From Spizellomyces punctatus DAOM BR117 (lineage: Eukaryota): 64,000 bases of DNA. The stretch is from the NCBI GenBank assembly GCA_000182565.2, contig KQ257463.1. The stretch is one strand, 5' to 3'. A program made the translations under genes and the position numbers. The notes under the pieces are model-generated. The model was not told where the DNA came from, did not search any database, and worked only from the letters and a program-made list of their open reading frames with translations. Below, in pieces: positions 60,324-64,000 of the stretch (position 1 is its first letter; the number at the start of each line of letters is the position of its first letter).

Positions 60324-62370
60324 ATGGCCAGAAAGAGAGAAGCACCTACGGCGGAAGATGTGGACGAGTCCCCTCGCAAGGGTCTCAAGGCCTCCGCTGA
60401 AACAACGGCTGGGGTGCTACCTGCAGAAGTGTTGGAGGAGATGGGCGAGTTTGAAGATCAATGGGAGGACGATGTAGAAGATGGTGAAGATGAAGGGGAA
60501 GTAGTTATTGCGCCAGACAGCGATGATGAGGATGGTGAGTTACGCTTTGAAGTAAGTTATGCTATCGGTAGGGATTCCCACACTGGAACGCTACTTGAGT
60601 GATGAGAATTTACTATCACGACGGTCTTCTGAGATCTGACCATGCTGTAACTGCCCCACTGGGGCTTAATCTGACTGATGTAGCGAGGGAAACACTGGGG
60701 TTAATATTATGTTATTTCTCATCGCACTGGCTGACCATGTGATTCATAATAGGGATGGACGTAGATGCAGATCAGCAAGAGGACGAAGACGATGAAAAGC
60801 GGGAAGATTTCAAAGTGTATCTTCCAGGGCAAGAGCTTGGAGAAGGGGAGGAGTTAGTAGCAGATAACAGCACCTACGAAATGCTGCACTCCATGGGAGT
60901 TGAATGGCCTTGCCTCAGTTTTGACATCTTACGTGACAACCTGGGCACGGGGAGAACAACATTTCCTGCGACCATGTATGTCGTTGCCGGGTCACAAGCG
61001 GACCGTCCAAAAGACAATAAATTGTATGTTATGAAGATGTCTCAGCTTCATCGGACAAAGCACGATGATGAAGATGGCATGGCAGACGACGATGACGACG
61101 ATCTCGATGAGGATCCCATTTTGGAAAGTAAGACAGTTTCTCATGTTGGTGGCGTAAATAGGCTACGGGTATGTACTGCGAGATTGCTCTTTCCAATTCG
61201 TTGAGTAACACGTGAGGCAATTGATAGGTTATGCCCCATCCAGAATCGCACATTGTTGCCACTTGGGCAGACACAGGCAAAGTGCACATTCATGACCTTA
61301 CTGAGCACGTTCGAGCACTCGATACCCCTGGGGTGATTCCACCAAAAAACCCGGCGCCCATCTACACGGTGGGGCAACATGGCAAAACTGAGGGCTACGG
61401 TTTGGATTGGTCCAGTGTTCAAATTGGTCGTCTGCTGTCTGGTGACACCGCAGGCCGGATATATCTTACCATTCGCACGCCATCAGCGTTTGAAACTGAT
61501 GCGCAAAGCTACCTGGGCCATATAGGATCTGTGGAAGACATTCAGTGGTCGAAGAAGCAAGCGGGAGTCTTTGCGTCAGCGTCTGTGGATCAAACCATCA
61601 AGATATGGGACGCGCGGAACAAGGGAAAAGCGGAATTGAGCGTACATGCCCACGACAGCGACGTCAACGTGATCAGCTGGCATCCGTAAGTGTCTAGTTA
61701 TTGTCTAGTTATGCTAGTCTAGAAATCACCTTTACGCTGCTCGACTTTATGCCGCCGGGGTCGTCTTCGTGACTCTGTGCTTTGGCTGTCAGAGTAAGCA
61801 ATATCGAATTTGGTCATCTCCACGCAGTATCAACACTGAGGATGCAAATCCATCAGATCTACTTGATATCTGCACTATTTTTTGATCATACATTCATCGC
61901 GGCGATGATCACTGGGAGATAATGTTATCTTGACCGATTAACTAATGTGCTCTCACGTTTAGAACCGTCGAGTATCTCATCGCATCTGGCTCGGACTCTG
62001 GTGTCTTCAGCATCTGGGATCTCCGTATGTGGTCTGCCGCAAGCAATCCACAACCTGCAGCCACGTTCAAATGGCATCAGGGACCTGTGACTTCGATTGA
62101 GTGGAAACCCCACGAAAGTTCTGTCGTGGCTGTCGCGGGTGCGGACGATCAATTGACAATTTGGGATTTCGCTCTGGAGCGGGACGCTGAGGAGGAAACG
62201 ACGATGACCACTGGGGTGGATGGGTCACAGGTTGAAGTACCGCCACAGTTGCTCTTCATCCATCAAGGCCAAAAACACATCAAAGAGGTTCATTGGCATG
62301 GGCAGGTACCGGGGGTGTTGGTCAGTACGGCGTTTGATGGATTTAACATCTTCAAGACTATCAATTCATG
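60324..62370 (+). CDS. RRB1: Ribosome assembly WD40 protein RRB1/GRWD1
   Basis: YEMLHSMGVEWPCLSFD, EGYGLDWS, SVEDIQWS, AHDSDVNVISW, WHQGPVTSIEW, VPPQLLFIHQGQ, GFNIFKTI. Introns 60535-60752, about 61170-61227 and 61687-61961. Confidence 0.96.
60589..60685 (+). ncRNA. Intronic box C/D snoRNA, snR73/U35 (SNORD35)-type
   Basis: C box GTGATGA 60599-60605, D' CTGA 60629-60632, D CTGA 60671-60674, flanking stem cgctac/gtagcg. Guide TCACGACGGTCT is complementary to conserved LSU rRNA AGACCGUCGUGA. Confidence 0.9.
61740..61895 (+). ncRNA. Intronic box H/ACA snoRNA, snR83/ACA4-type
   Basis: Two hairpins, H box AGAGTA 61791-61796, ACA 61890-61892. The 3' pocket CTCCAC / ACTA fits 18S UAGU-U-G-GUGGAG. 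Confidence 0.8.
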
Positions 62371-62696
62371 ACGACGTACTGGACCACACATGTTTATAGA
62401 AAAGTTGCTTTATTTTGTATATTTTTTGGCGTTAGTACTTTACAGAATATTTATTGCATGCATACATTTCTTGTCGAGTCAGACAAATCACACATTTTGG
62501 TGGAGCCAAAGCAACTGTCGATCGTTATAAGGAGCTCGCGGACACTTTTTGCTTTGGAAAAATGTAAATCCAGTGTATATGTTTGCGTATCAGTAGCTAT
62601 TTTACTTTAAAATGTCTAATATCATCGACAAGAACTGGGTCACAATGTTTATATCTTCATTGCTAGTCAATTAATCAACTGGGACGTGACATTAAC

Positions 62697-62728
62697 CGGA
62701 GAACCGGAGACTCGGAGACTCGGAGACA
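62697..62728. repeat. Four tandem 8-bp CGGAGANN units upstream of the MHYT gene
   Basis: cggagaac cggagact cggagact cggagaca. Confidence 0.8.
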
Positions 62729-62930
62729 CCGAGGCTTGTTCCAATTTTTCTTTTGACCTGACGTACCAGACCTTACACGTGACATTCGATCACCCGGCAA
62801 TTTGGCTAGAGGAAGGGACTTTGGTCGCTCACTGTTGCCAAAATCGCAAGGTTAGAACTGGGACATTCTGCGCACTTCGAGCCGGTCTCGTCTCGCTTTG
62901 TGATTTGGTGATCCCTACAGTCCACGTACA

Positions 62931-64000
62931 ATGGGTCCTGCTCCAGACCACTACACGGAATTGACTCCTAGGTGGAGCTGGCAGCTCGTTCTTCTATCCT
63001 ATGTAGTGGCCGTGTTGGTAAGTCCACGAGCTTTCTTTGCAGAAATAGCAAAGTGATTGAATAGTAACCTTCATGCTTGAATATAATTTTAGGGCTCCTA
63101 CACGACGACGCAACTTGTTATTCACGCAACGGGATGCAAGTCACGGACTTGGAAGCTTACGTGGTTGGGGTTGGCGGCTCTTACGCTAGGAGGTGTATGT
63201 ACTATGAACGTCGGGATGAGAGTTTTCGATGACAGCTAATATGGACTCGCACTAGTGCGGCATCTGGAGTATGCACTTTGTTGGAATCTTGGCAATGGAT
63301 CTGGTACGTTAAGGTCACCTGTTTGCCCGGGTCTGTCTGAGAGACACCAACCTAGTTGATTAGGGTATCCCCGTATCATATGATGTTCCCTTGACTGTTG
63401 GCAGTTTCTTGGTGACTGTGATCATTACCTTTTGCACATTTGCCGTTGATGAAGTTCTTGCCTTCTTGCAACAAATTCCGCGACGAAATTTGAATCTATT
63501 GTTTCCAACGTCCGACGAGGCAGGCTACCAGCGTGTTACGGGAACAAGTGGTGAAAATACCCCGGTATGGGACGAGGAGGAAGGTGGTGTTGGAATACTG
63601 AATCCACCAGAGTCACCACGCACATTTATCGAAAGGGACGAAGCTGACTCTGAAACATCGGCGATCGACGATATACCAATAGCACGGACCAACGTGGCAC
63701 CTTTCTGGTCACACCGCGCGGGGGCCAATTATGTATTGGGACGCATATTTTGGAAGTTCTGGCTCTCCCTCAGCATACCTGTCATGCTGAAGGGTTTCTT
63801 TTTAGCCCTCGCATATGCAGGTCGGTCTGTTTTGAAACGAAGATCTGTTTATCTCGACTTATGTTACTCATCAATGACTTTGTGTAGCCATGCATTACAT
63901 GGGAATGTTTGCGATGAAAATGGATGCGGTCATCGAGTGGAACCCTCTCTTTATCGTTTTGTCATTCCTGGATGCGTGGTTGATCTGTATTATTGCCTTC
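62931..64000 (+). CDS. MHYT integral-membrane sensor domain protein, 3' truncated
   Basis: Spliced: WSWQLVLLSYVVAVL|GSYT...LGG|CGIWSMHFVGILAMDL|GIPVSYDVPLTVGSF...AMHYMGMFAM. Not in the ORF track because the exons are short. Confidence 0.88.

Overview
Eukaryotic, intron-rich (GT-AG) nuclear DNA, most consistent with an early-diverging fungus, probably a chytrid. This inference rests on a fungal WOPR/Gti1-Pac2 factor and Afi1/MesA occurring together with INTS11 and a class-C-GPCR-like remnant. About 21 protein genes can be reconstructed: a TrxB/GliT-like oxidoreductase (5' truncated), a purple acid phosphatase, INTS11, a WOPR transcription factor, an FHA protein, a TM-FN3-coiled-coil protein, an ABCC transporter, BUB1/MAD3, Afi1/MesA, a UBE2Q-like E2, UBC9, a 2OG-Fe(II) oxygenase-like protein, DBR1, a PARP-like/B-box protein, CCDC47, a 53BP1/Crb2-like protein, RRB1/GRWD1, an MHYT protein (3' truncated) and three hypotheticals. 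There is one tRNA-Thr(AGT). Two snoRNAs not in the ORF track lie in long RRB1 introns: a C/D snR73/U35-type and an H/ACA snR83/ACA4-type. The 1-10.5 kb region is accessory-like, with a decayed GPCR and GC-rich repeats. Most notable observations: the snoRNA-hosting RRB1, a GATA finger inside the 53BP1-like protein, a probable 2OG pseudoenzyme, FHA+Tubby-like and PARP-like+B-box architectures, and a ~17 kb domain of homopolymer runs and alternating CA/GT skew. I found no unambiguous new multi-gene system. All family calls are from motif recognition by eye, not database searches.
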